A stretch of 63,829 bases of DNA, filler included, from Folioceros fuciformis (Eukaryota), in the NCBI GenBank assembly GCA_049999805.1. It is 5 parts of 5 records of this genome, joined end to end, with 100 filler letters (N's around TTAATTAATTAA, not from the genome) between each part and the next. Parts side by side here need not be neighbours in the genome. Positions count along the whole stretch, not along the records: positions 1 to 21,515 come from JBNGIO010003395.1; positions 21,616 to 34,614 come from JBNGIO010003397.1; 3 more parts are not named here. One strand, given 5' to 3'. Of the stretch, positions 13,732 through 29,284 are shown in pieces. Position numbers and translations under genes: made by a program. The notes below the pieces were generated by a model. It searched no databases and was not told the origin of the DNA. It saw only the letters and a program-made list of their open reading frames with translations. How positions within the stretch are numbered: position 1 is the first letter of the stretch; each line of letters opens with the position of its first letter.

Positions 13732-15152
13732 TCAACATAAAGGGCGACTTGTACATCAACAAGGATCAAACAATGTCACCACTTTTGTCTCTAGCCATTG
13801 AGAGCCATAGGACAATATGCAAGACTTTTTCTAAGTTTCTTAAGGCTTGTGTTAAGGAGTATCATAAACATAAAGGCAAAATTGGCCTCCCTCTTTCATG
13901 CATTGTGGCTATAGGTAAGGGGTGTCCGCTGCCTTGCACTAGGATATGCATTTGCTACTATGGTGTATAAGATGACAACAAGATAGATGGGTTGGCTCTC
14001 ATGATTTGATACATGCCCAAGGATTCTTCCCTCCTTCTCTAGTAGATGGGTTCATCACATCTTTCCCTTGTAGTGATTAAGTCTCAACTTTTACAACTCC
14101 ATATCATCTTCAAGACCATAAAACTCTTTGATTGTTCTATGTTAAGCAACCAAAAAATGATATGTAGTACTATTGACAACTCTATCAAGAGCCACTACAA
14201 TGTAACAACACAAACTATGTATTTAGTAAGCACAACCAGATAACACTTGTAGGAGTGGAAGCTTGAGTTGCCTTGACTCATAACCCACATGAGAATGAGA
14301 AAGATGCAAGGACTCGCATATGCAAGGACTTCTCTTGCCATTTCTTCTTATGAGACTAGAGTCTTTGAGAAGCAAGAAGCTCATGAATGGAACAAGAGAG
14401 ATAAGAAAATAGAGCTTCAACCCATGAAATAACGTATTGCTTATGCAACCATTCTTGTACACCTACATCCAAGTGCTAACGAACTAAAGCCTGGAGATGG
14501 AAATTCAATTCATTGACGCGCTGTCTTTAATCTTTCAAAAACGGTACGGAAGCGTGATGTGGCTCATCTCACATGGACACATTAAAAGGGACGGTAATGT
14601 GCACCTCACTGTGGACGCCAGGTTCCAAAAAACCAAGGCGCCGGGAAGCATCAGCTGGCCTGTGCATTCCGTCAGACGGAGGTCAAGTGATGGATGGGAG
14701 TGAAAATACATATATAAGCAGCTGGTCGAAGAAGTTTCGGTCTCAGGCTGGACAGCGAGGCATGCATCAGAGATGACGCGTCATCGTCTCGCAGCACTCT
14801 CTCTCCTGCGCCAGCGCAAGCTTTGCAGCCGCCTTTGGCGCGAATCTTAGGTGGGCCGGCCCCCGGCTAGCCCTGTTGCCTGCACTCCGCTCATCTCTCT
14901 CTTCTTCTTCTCCACGCTCCGCTACTTTGGTCTCTGCTCCTCCCCCTGTTCGGCTTCTGTCGCTCCGTCAGCTTGCCTGCCTGCTCGCCGGGTTCCGGCT
15001 CTCGCTTGCTCTCCCATCCTGAGCCCCAAACCCTAGCTTGTCGTCCATGCAGATCTAACCCGCCGGCATTCTGTGTCTCCCGAGCCGGTCTCCTCGTGCG
15101 AACTCGGGCGGCGCCGGAGGCAGGGGGCTTGTATTCTACCCGGTCGGCAGCA

Positions 15153-16823
15153 ATGTCATCTCGCAAGCGCACTTTGCTGAAAGTCATCATCCTCGGGGAC
15201 AGCGGGTACGCGTTGCGACGTGCCGAATTTTGATTTCCAGCTGCTTGCGGTGTGTGGAGGTGGATTCGGGATGGTGGCTTGTCAGTGGCTGCGTGGGATG
15301 GGATGTGATGATAAGTAGGGTCTCGCTCTCGAGCCGAAGCTTCGTTCCCTCGTGGATTCGGAGCTTGGATCGTCTGCTTTTGTGTGCTGGAGCTGTGCTT
15401 GGTTCGTGTGGGAGTGGGAGATTGATGTCGAGTGGGAACCCTGAGGGTGTGTCGGTGGTTGGAGCTACGTCGCCTCGGGTCCTGAAGTGTGTGTGTGTGT
15501 GTGTTTCACAGATTGGCTTTGAATTGGGGGTAAGGTTTGAGGGGACAGGTTGACATTTTCATGTTCTTGTGGGGTGATGCAGGGTCGGCAAGACTTCGTT
15601 GATGAATCAGTATCCTGTGGTAACTTTTGAATGTAGGGGCCTGTCGTTGTTTGACTGTTTCGTACTGTGTGGTTTCGGACTTGCTTCCGGACGGTGAACG
15701 TTTCTCTTTCACTCCCTAAGATATGTGAACAAGAAATTTAGCAATCAGTACAAAGCCACTATTGGTGCCGACTTTTTGACAAAGGAGGTCCAGGTGGAAG
15801 ATAGGCTTGTTACCATGCAGGTGAGCTAAACGTGTGGTATCAGGTAAGTGTCGTAAAAGTTATCGTGGGGTGTAGTGTCTGACCTCGCAAATCTGGCATC
15901 CTTCTAGATATGGGATACAGCTGGACAAGAGCGGTTTCAAAGCCTTGGCGTGGCGTTTTATCGTGGAGCCGATTGCTGTGTCCTCGTTTATGACGTGAAC
16001 GTTATGAAGTCATTTGACAACCTTGATAACTGGCGTGATGAGTTTTTGATCCAGGCAAGCTCCTTTAGCCTTGTCTTGTGGATGTCCATGCCTAACAAAA
16101 TGTCTTGATTAAGTTGTTGGTTGACAATCGGTCTTTTGGTCATCTTGTTTCCGTTGTCCGTCCATAATCCTCGTGCTGTTGCCTCGTCTTGTATCATATG
16201 GGTTTGGTAGCCACAGCAAACACATGAAGTTGTGGCATGTATTCATTTTTGGTTTGACCTGGCCCATTGATCTCTGTGCTCTAGTACATCAACTGCCTTT
16301 TTCTTGTGCAGGCTTGCCCCACTGACCCTGAGACTTTCCCGTTTGTGGTTCTCGGGAACAAGGTCGATGTGGATGGTGGAAACAGCCGTGTGGTACGTAT
16401 GTGGTGGTATACCTACCACCTGAGATTAGGGATGGCAGCGGCTTTGTTTGTGTGATGGTTGACAAGAACGTTGTTTGAAGTCTCGTTTCTTATGTGACTG
16501 AAGGTGTCAGAGAAGAAGGCGAAGGCATGGTGTGCCTCAAAGGGGAACATACCATACTTTGAAACTTCTGCAAAGGAGGATTACAACGTAGATGCCGCTT
16601 TCCAGTGCATCGCAAAGAATGCCCTAAAAAATGAGACTGAGGAAGAGATGTAAGGGTTACGAGGCCTTCTTGAGCTTGTAGGCAACGGGGTGCTTGCCAT
16701 CAGGTGCTATTGTTGGATGCCCCTATTGCTGATGACAACTTTTGGTTTGTGCGCAGCTATTTGCCAGACACTATCGATGTGAACAATGTAAGGACTGTAA
16801 AATCAGGAGGCTGTGAATGCTAA
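15153..16823 (+). CDS. RABG3: Rab7/RabG3 small GTPase (exons 15153-15205, 15583-15609, 15721-15820, 15908-16054, 16312-16392, 16504-16649, 16757-16823)
   Basis: The spliced product has [53 protein letters not shown] and a C-terminal GCEC prenylation motif. Confidence 0.97.
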
Positions 16824-17755
16824 TTCTGGCGGAGACTCAGAGAACTCTCACTTCCTCTAGGTGCATCCTTCTCCTTCCTATGGAGAACCTTCATCAGGAT
16901 ATAGACCAGTTCCAACAAGGCAAATATACAGGTCGTTATATAAATGGAGGCAGGGAGTTGTCAAAAGTCCTTGCCGATGAGGTGGTGTCATTCTGCACAC
17001 TCAGTGATGCAGTGAGACCGGTTATGTGGAACTGGTCGAGGCGCCTACAAGGCCGAGTGGTGGTTTCACCGGGTTCCATGAGATTTCAGCTTCTCAACAT
17101 TCTTTCAAGTTCAGCTGGGAAAGCGTTCTTTGGTTAGTTGGTTGGTTGGTTGGTTTTATGCGTTATATGTAGCCCGATGTGGGAACCCTCCCTTCTGTAG
17201 TTTCTTTGTAATATTTGATTCCTTGTGATCAGTCTCTATTGGGGAGGTTGATGATCACCATCCGTTTCTGCTGAGCCATTTTGCGTCAAGCTTTCCGTCT
17301 CATCGTCGTCCTCTCTTTGATACTCCTGTTATGCGATCTCGATCGGTACCCACTTGTGGCATGATGCCATCCCGCCAGGTTGCTGGGAGTGTATCGCAGA
17401 TTATTCACATCAATTCGATGTAGGCGTATTGTACCAGTTACTTTCTGATCAGTGTTTTAAGTGTGCACAACCTTGGAAACACCTCAACGAAAGTCCGTGG
17501 TCGTTGGACATATCGACTGAGCTTTCAGTCATGACGAATGGAATAGTCGTGCGGAGTCGGTCCAGCTCTGACCACATTGCCCGCACCGCGTTTGCGACGA
17601 TGGCCGACTTCCTATTACAATTTTGTGTTTTCCAGCCCGTGTTTGTCTCTACCTAATTTGCGAATCGTCTTGGACGATGGTCATGGATTTACCTGACGGC
17701 AAAGGTTTGCGCCCGGATTTGTGATTCTTCGGCATCTGTCTTGTCCGGTGGCGAA

Positions 17756-19126
17756 ATGAGATCTCACATCCCGAAGCAGCTTCTACGCTCCGGGCTTCAG
17801 AGCCAGCAAGGATGTCACTGGGGAGTACAGAAGGCCGCGAATCTCCTCCAAAACGGCTCCCAACCTCATCGGCATCTGTGGCTCTTGCGGGTGAGATTGC
17901 GTGCTCACAGCTGTAGGCCTTTTTGGGAGTGAAAGTTGCAGCTGACTCTGCCTGTGTTTTTTTTGAAGGAAGCCTTGTGGTTTTTATGATTGGCAGATTT
18001 TCAGCAAAGAAGCGCGCGCACAGGACAAGGCGAGGCTGTGAGTCGGCGTTTGTCCAGACTTGACTACTTCATGTCTAAGCTTTCTTTCACCTTGGACTGG
18101 ACAGAAGCTTTTTTTTTGTAGTGCAGTCAAGACGAGCTAAATCGGGGCTATTTCGATGACATGAGGGATCTACAAAAGCACGGTGGGAAGGTAATGGTCC
18201 ATGGAGGCCTAAACATTGACTTTCGAACACTTACATAATTTGGATGCTGCGTTTTACATGACGCTCCATGTTGCTCCCTGCGCAGTTGCATGCCACAAGC
18301 AACAACTTGCTGCCCATTGCGTCTGCCCTAAAATTCCCTCCGCTCGAGGTTTACTTCAAAACTGGTAACTCGATCACCTTGCCAGTGGAGGAGTCGCCTG
18401 TGGATCTCACGGTGGTTTGTGTTGGATTTCGAGCAAACGCACAGGTAAGCGCATCGTGTGTGGCATGCGATGCTTGTGATAGAACATGCTTAGATACTAT
18501 GGGAGTGTTTCTATCCGCCAGATCTGTTTTGTTCCTCTTGCTTGTAGGCAATGATCGAGTCATGGAGCTTGCCATTTCTGGATGTGTTCAAGACCACACC
18601 AAACGTGGAGCTCTACGAGGTCAGTAGCTCTGGTTGTAGGTTGGTAGAGAATGATGAGCTTCAGTTATGGTTGTTAAGGAGGTAGGACCGACATGGGTAT
18701 CCCTGTAAGCGAGTTTTGCCTTTTTCCGCATTTTCAGGTTTCTGTTGTGGAGAGTTTGCTGCTGTCAACACCCCCTCTTAAGCAGTTGCTATTGCGATCC
18801 ATGAAGGCTCCCAAATCACCCGACAATGATGAACTTGTGCGAAGGAATGTCGTTTTCGCATTTGGGGATAAATACTGGTTCCGAAAAGCGGTGACCATTC
18901 CTAATGTCTTGACCGGGTAAGGCTCCATCTCGGGCCCCTTGCTGTACAGATGGATCACTGGCCGTCTCAAGGCTCACAATGTCTGTATTACCGCAGATAC
19001 ATATTTTTGTTGGACAAGAAAGGGAGAATCAGGTGGCGAGCCACTGGATCAGCCACCAGCGAAGAGGTCTCCTTTATGATGTCCTGTGCATCACGCCTTC
19101 TTAAGGAAGAGCAAGCCAGTTTTTGA
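17756..19126 (+). CDS. ATP10: Mitochondrial ATP synthase assembly factor ATP10-like (multi-exon)
   Basis: Spliced exons give DELNRGYFDDMRDLQKHGGK, VCVGFRANAQ, MIESWSLPF, FGDKYWFRK, NVLTGYIFLLDKKGRIRWRATG..EEV. The N-terminus resembles a presequence, and the start is less certain. Confidence 0.85.
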
Positions 19127-19171
19127 AGTCTGGAAAAACGTGTACATCGAGTACACGTTCCCTTTGGAATA

Positions 19172-20051
19172 TCAAATCTTTAATTTGATCACCTTTTCAG
19201 CCAATTGATAGACTTGGATCAGAAGGTCGTTGGGTTGCCTGTTGATGAGAGTTGCAAGATAAGATGTCCAGGCCCGCGCCACGGCTGCTGCTCCTATCAC
19301 GTACTCAGAGATGATGTTCCCTGCTGTGATGAAGGCGACAAAGGCACCGAGCTCCACTCTGAGGAAGGCGAATGAGCCCCCGGTCAGCAGCACAAGCACG
19401 TAGGGTGACACTGTTCAGTGTTATCCCATGTTGTCATGCGAAGTTTGAAATTCTTTGCGTGACCAGTCCTGAGATGATGCACAAGGTCTGAATCAGTTTG
19501 CAATGGGATGTACCAGCAACTGAAACCTCGACGGCGCACTCCGTGTAGCAGAAGACGGAGAGAATAGAGGACACTCCCGCCACGACGAAGGAGAGAACGA
19601 GACCAGGATCCACTACAGTGGATGTCTGCAAACCTGCGCTTGGTTAGGCTGTGAGGAGGTTGGTGTGGGATTAGCAAACCTGGAGGGACTGGTTGGATAT
19701 GAAGGTACTGGTCACCAAAAAAATGTCGACACGAACAACAGAACCGATGGACAGCCAGGTCAAGTCCCACCAATTCAATGACCTCCTCATTTTGTTTTTG
19801 CTGCGCATCACAATGTCGCTTACTTCGGTCGCAACAGTGGCTCTGGCAAACACCCGACGGCGAAACCGTAGCCCAGTCTCAGCCACGGCCCTGACATAGC
19901 TACCCAGGCTCTGGAAGGATGGATCAGGGAACAAGTGGAATGCTGAATCGCTCGTGTTATGAGCAAGTCCTCCAGGACCTGCTGCAGCGTCCCTCGTTCC
20001 TCCATTCTTTCCACCACTCTGCTGCTCACTGGCCATTGCATGGAATTCCAA
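19172..20051 (-). pseudogene. Truncated cationic amino-acid transporter (CAT family)
   Basis: MRRSLNWWDL, LSVFCYTECAVEVSVAG/GSFAFLRVELG and AAVARAWTSY are present. The GAGIF motif has decayed to VRVDIF, and the gene stops after roughly the first third, against the ATP10 3' end. Confidence 0.8.
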
Positions 20052-20422
20052 GTCGGGATAAGAAAAGGATCGTTATAAACGTACCAAAGCTGAGAGCAAC
20101 AGCCGGCAGCAGATACAAATGCCAGAACCTCGAGATCGCAGGTCCTGACAGGAGTTTCAGTCTCTATGCCTGTACACTCCTTACAAACGGGTGGTGGTGG
20201 AAGCTGGAACAGGTGTTGTGTCTGGTTGTAGTGCGCAACAACTCCAGCCATTCTGCAGGTAGAAGACACCTTCCTCACACACTCAAAGCTCGAGTAGACT
20301 GCTCGCCTTTGATCTCGGATGTACCACTACGGTGCCATTCAATGCAATGCACTAATCGACAGATATGAAAATTACTGAAACAGTCTGTTTTGAGTTAGCG
20401 TACAATCTCGGAATGCTATCTA

Positions 20423-20512
20423 GAGATGGATAAACATTCCATTCTGTCTTGCTCCAAGCTTCGACACTTGTCCCAGCTTGGAGCAAGGCAGAACTCAATG
20501 TTTATCGATCTC
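20423..20512. other. Long imperfect inverted repeat (pre-miRNA-like hairpin or foldback remnant)
   Basis: gagatggataaacattccattctgtcttgctccaagct pairs with agcttggagcaaggcagaactcaatgtttatcgatctc around a 14-nt loop. Confidence 0.8.
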
Positions 20513-21105
20513 CGATGCGGAGCCTTGTCGTTGAAGCCTTCTACGACAACCATCTAAGGTTGTGATGTGTTGCAGGTGGGAGGGATGTACCTGGCAGGGC
20601 ACTTGACGTGGTTGACTTGACCAGACTACCTGCCAGCGGTCACGTACCATGTCCCCGGACAGCTTACCAGTCTTCGCCCATGAACAATGTCTCAGATATC
20701 TTTCAGGGCACCGTAATCCTCAAGCACAGCTTTTCACAGCCTTGTCGGATCATAACATCGTTCCTACAGGGGAAGGAAGCTAATGGACGACCTGGATACT
20801 CAATCGACGATCGGCTCGGCTCATTACCCTTTTGGGTGAAGGGCACACGTTTCGTCTGTGGCATCAGTCGTCTTCTTCTCAATTTTGCCCATTGGAGGCT
20901 CTACTCTTCTCCACGCACACCAAGAAAACGACAGGACAAGACAGAGAGATGCTCTGATTCCATGTCCGACGGAGTTTCCCATCTTATAATATAAGTATAC
21001 AATTTTAAGATTGGAATAAATTAGAACTACACAAGATACTTGTTCATATTATTCTAACGTACTCCACACCCGTGAAGTCACTAATGCATACACAAGATTC
21101 CTGTG

Positions 21106-21184
21106 ATTAATATTAAATAAATCATAAAGTGAGACATTCATGACATTAATATTAAATAAATCATAAAGTGAGACATTCATGACA
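21106..21184. repeat. 39-bp tandem duplication
   Basis: attaatattaaataaatcataaagtgagacattcatgac occurs twice. Confidence 0.9.
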
Positions 21185-21515
21185 ATACTTGACGTCCTAA
21201 TGTCCTAATTTGTTAGACTTAGTCTAAGCTTATTGTCTTTATAAAACAGCCAAATAATTGTTAACTTAAATCATTGTGTTGCGATAAGCTTTTGGAGAGT
21301 AACTTAAATATATTCATGAATTTTTTTGCACATTTCAACGTAAGAATGAGAGAAAGTTTGGAAGAGGGAAACCTAAATCGATTTTAGCTCCTTCATTTGA
21401 AATTGAATTTCAAGCGCAAGACAACAAATTTGTCCAATGTCAATTAGAATCTTGAGCAACTTTATGGTTATACAAAATGAATGAATAACACATGCATTTT
21501 ACAGCTAATTCAAGG

Positions 21516-21615
21516 NNNNNNNNNNNNNNNNNNNNNNNNNNNNNNNNNNNNNNNNNNNNTTAATTAATTAANNNNNNNNNNNNNNNNNNNNNNNNNNNNN
21601 NNNNNNNNNNNNNNN
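21516..21615. other. Artificial contig spacer (44N-TTAATTAATTAA-44N)
   Basis: Exactly 100 bp with a 12-mer that gives stops in all six frames. The same structure recurs four times. Confidence 0.97.
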
Positions 21616-21632
21616 ATCTGGAGAGGCTGCCC

Positions 21633-25824
<4,192 letters not shown>

Positions 25825-26514
25825 AATGGGCAAAGGGGAATGGGGGCCAGGAAGGTAATTAGGAATGATAGAATGAGCTAAACCTCCCCGGGAAATCCCA
25901 CTGGCTGGTCTTCTACTGAAAGTCCAGTGTAGCCCGAGTCCTTCATCCCTCCCTCTCCCTGTTGCTTGTGACGTATTACGGCTTGGATTAGGCACAATCC
26001 TTGGTTAGCGGTTAGCTTGTTCCTGGAGCCGAGGCATAGGGCGTGGGCTGTGTGAATCCCTCGCCCGGTCTGTCTTCCGGATATTGTGTGTGTATTTGGG
26101 AGGTGAAATGGCGTTGTGATACCCGCTGCATCTCTTGAAGCTGGGCATGTGGGCAGTTGACAGATCCTGGAACTTCGTCTCTAGACCATAGACGGCGTCA
26201 CGGCCCGTAGGACTGTAGATCCGTTAACGGGCCCACGGCATATCAGAAGCTTTGTACATCAGCAATCGATTGCGTGAGAAACGCGACGCTTGCAAGGCTG
26301 TACAGTATGAAATTTTTTCCATTTCACTTCCTTGTTGCAGCGTTGGGAAAGCCTGGAACGTGTCACAATACGCACAACGTAGGCTATTTTTTCTGACCTC
26401 CACATTCCAACGGACGTCACTTCCCCACTCTCCTCCAATGGACCTTATCAGCAGCAATTCTCCATGAGGCAACAAGTGTGCGGGATGCTTCTCCTTCCTT
26501 CCCTAGTTTGCAGG

Positions 26515-28040
26515 TCCTTTGTTCCTCCTACTTATGATGCTTTAGAATCAATGGGTACTATTGAGTCGGGAGCTAGATGCTCGAGGACTAAAAAGAGCAT
26601 ATAACCTCCTTCTCAATCAGAACCCATCTGACCCAAAACAATATAAGCAGTAAGAACAGAGGTCGCGCAATCCATGACAAAGAAGAGGATAAGCAACCTG
26701 CACAGATGTTGTTGGGTGGAGAATTGATGCTGAAAGAGCTTTCTCAAGGGTAGTAGGCAAACGAAGGCAGTTGTAACAGGAAGTGAGATGAAACATAACT
26801 CGCTGCACTTCTAAGCATGGATAGCATACTAAAGAAGAAGGGCAAGGATAAGACCAAGTAAGGACACAAGATGCAAAACAAAGACAAAGGAAAACACCCT
26901 CTAACCACTTTCACATGCTTGGTCATGCTTGCAACATGTCAAAGTTCTTGCCCAAGATTGAGTCTTAAGCTTAGAGTGTCACACATATATAGACTAAAAA
27001 GAACCCACCTTCCGATCACAATAGTTTAAACTTTCGCTGAATCTAGTTTTTCTTGTGCTACTTAAAATATAGGTAAATGTAGGCATGTGACACCCCCTAT
27101 GAATCCTAGATGCAAATGAGGTCTATTCTTTCACAAATAGCCTATTTTTTTATAAATTATATTTTAGGGTCTGGATTTACCCCTCAATGATTTTAGGGTT
27201 TAGGGTTGTCCCTTGATGATCTTTACCCAACAATCTCCTGGCTTGGCTAGCAAGCATAATTAAACTTGTTCTTTGTATATTGCTTATGGTATGTACAAGA
27301 TGTCTTGGAATGGATGTGCAACTTAAGCTCAAGAATGTGTGGCTCAATGTTTAAACTCTTGCTTAATCCTAAAACTTCATCTGTGCAATGAAATGCAAGA
27401 GACATGACAAGTAAGGATAACGTTTTGACCATATGTACATATTCGGGCTATCTGTATCTTACTTCGCGACGTAGGTGCTCAAAGTGTAGCTAATGTCCCT
27501 TCCTCATGTCCCTTCCTCCTTCCTTGATTTGCATGTTCTTTGTTCTTCCTACTTATAATGTGTTAGAAGTAGTCCCTACCCTTGAGTAAAAAGCTAGGTG
27601 CTCAAAGTGTAGCTAATGTCTCTTCATCCTTCCTTGATTTGCAAGTTCTCTGTTCCTCCTACTTACAATGTGTTAGGTCTAGTCGGTACCCTTGAGTAAG
27701 AAGGTAGGTGCTTAAAGGCCTAACATAGCATCTAACCTCCTTATCAACAGGAACCCATCACACCCAAAACATTATAAACAACAAGAACAAAGGTAAAGCA
27801 ATCCAAGATGAAGGTGAAAGACGCAAGTCTTATAGTTGTCATTTGGTGCAGAATTGATATTAGAAGGATCTATGAGAGCACCACAAAAACCAAAGCTAGT
27901 AGTAGGCTGTAAAGCGAAAAAAACATAGTCACAAAATGCACTTCTAGGCATGGTAGATGTTGATATTGTAAGCTTAGAATGTCTCACATATATAGACCAC
28001 AACGAGTCCATCTTCCGATCACAATCACTTAAACTCTCGT
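26515..28040. repeat. Degenerate direct duplication (about 500 bp) with shorter internal repeats, probable TE remnant
   Basis: ttcctcctactta...aacctcctt...aacccatc..cccaaaaca...gcacttcta.gcatgg...agcttaga.tgtc.cacatatatagac...ttccgatcacaat at about 26520-27030 and about 27650-28030. A further unit of about 125 bp is repeated at 27470-27710. Confidence 0.7.
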
Positions 28041-29284
28041 TCAATCCAATAACTTCATTAATATAATGACAAGCAAGATGACCTTTAAATATCTTTTTAT
28101 CGATCACAATAATAAAAACTCTTGTTCAATCCAAAAAATTCCTCCATCCAATAACTTCATTAATATAATGCAAGACACATGACAAGGTAGGATCACCCTT
28201 CACCATGGATTTGATTCAACAAAGCAGTTTCGGGGAAGGCTATTGGAGTTTCCCGTCAATGCCTCCAGCATCGAATCAACTTCCCTCCCGTCAGCTCAGC
28301 ATGGTGGCTTGCCGGTGCTTAGCCCAAGTCTTTTGGGGTCAAGCTTGAGGCCGGGTGATCTTGAACTCCTGCCTGGCTTTCATGTCCAGACACTCTGGTG
28401 AGGCATGCATGCATGCATTCTCCGAGAAGCACAGCTCTGAGCTCTCGTTCTGCAAAATGTCTGGAGACTTAGCCCTAACCCCTCCGCAGCACCAGCGTGC
28501 GGGAAAGAAAAATGAAACCGGCCTGTGGACTGCAGTGGCGAAGCTGTCCCCTGAGAAACACGGTGCACGGAAACCGGCGCCTGTGGTGAAGCAGGGGTTC
28601 TCAGGGAAACGCGTTGTACTTACTGTGTTACCAGCTTATTCCATGGCGTGTCCGTCGAGGTAGGGAAGTCGCTCAATCACAAGCGCTCATGGGGAATTCA
28701 AGCATCGCGCACACAACCTAATCAAGCTCGCACAACCCTCCCACTCTTTGCTTGCAGTGCCTCAGATTTCCACCTATGTCCGATGCATGTGATCACGAGT
28801 CTGCTAACAGTGCGTCATAGCTGCTCTCTGATGCACAACCCTAAGGAGAGACATGATCACGCCTTTGGTATCGTAGACAGCCCGTTGTTGATCGACACAG
28901 GCCCCACCTGCCTAGGAATCACAGTGGGTATCACCGCACAGTCGACCTCTTGCTGCAGCAGTGAGTGAGAACGGTTGAGCAGGATGGTGTACGACATCAA
29001 TCGCAAGCACAGAGATGTCTAAGATTGTGAAACAGGGTAAAGTGACGTGCCCACGGATTCCACATATCCGCTAGTTGCAACCAAGGAATGGATACTGGCC
29101 TCGAAAGTGGGAGGAAAGTCCATGCATGTGGCAAGACGCACATGAGTTGGTAAAGGCGCGTCATGTCGAAGGGGCTGGGTTGGATCGGTACCACATGTTG
29201 GTACCCGGCGGGCACCACGCTCAGCTGGCAGGTCGATTTCGTTTATGCTCGACTTCATAGTTGCAGCGTGTGCTCCTGCAAGCT

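Noticed and set aside
25830..26240. GC-rich stretch after ADCS that might be a structured RNA
   Set aside because: No tRNA, SRP, snRNA or snoRNA motifs recognised. Most likely 3' UTR.
27160..27208. TTTAGGG telomere-like motifs
   Set aside because: Only about three scattered units, too few to call an interstitial telomere.
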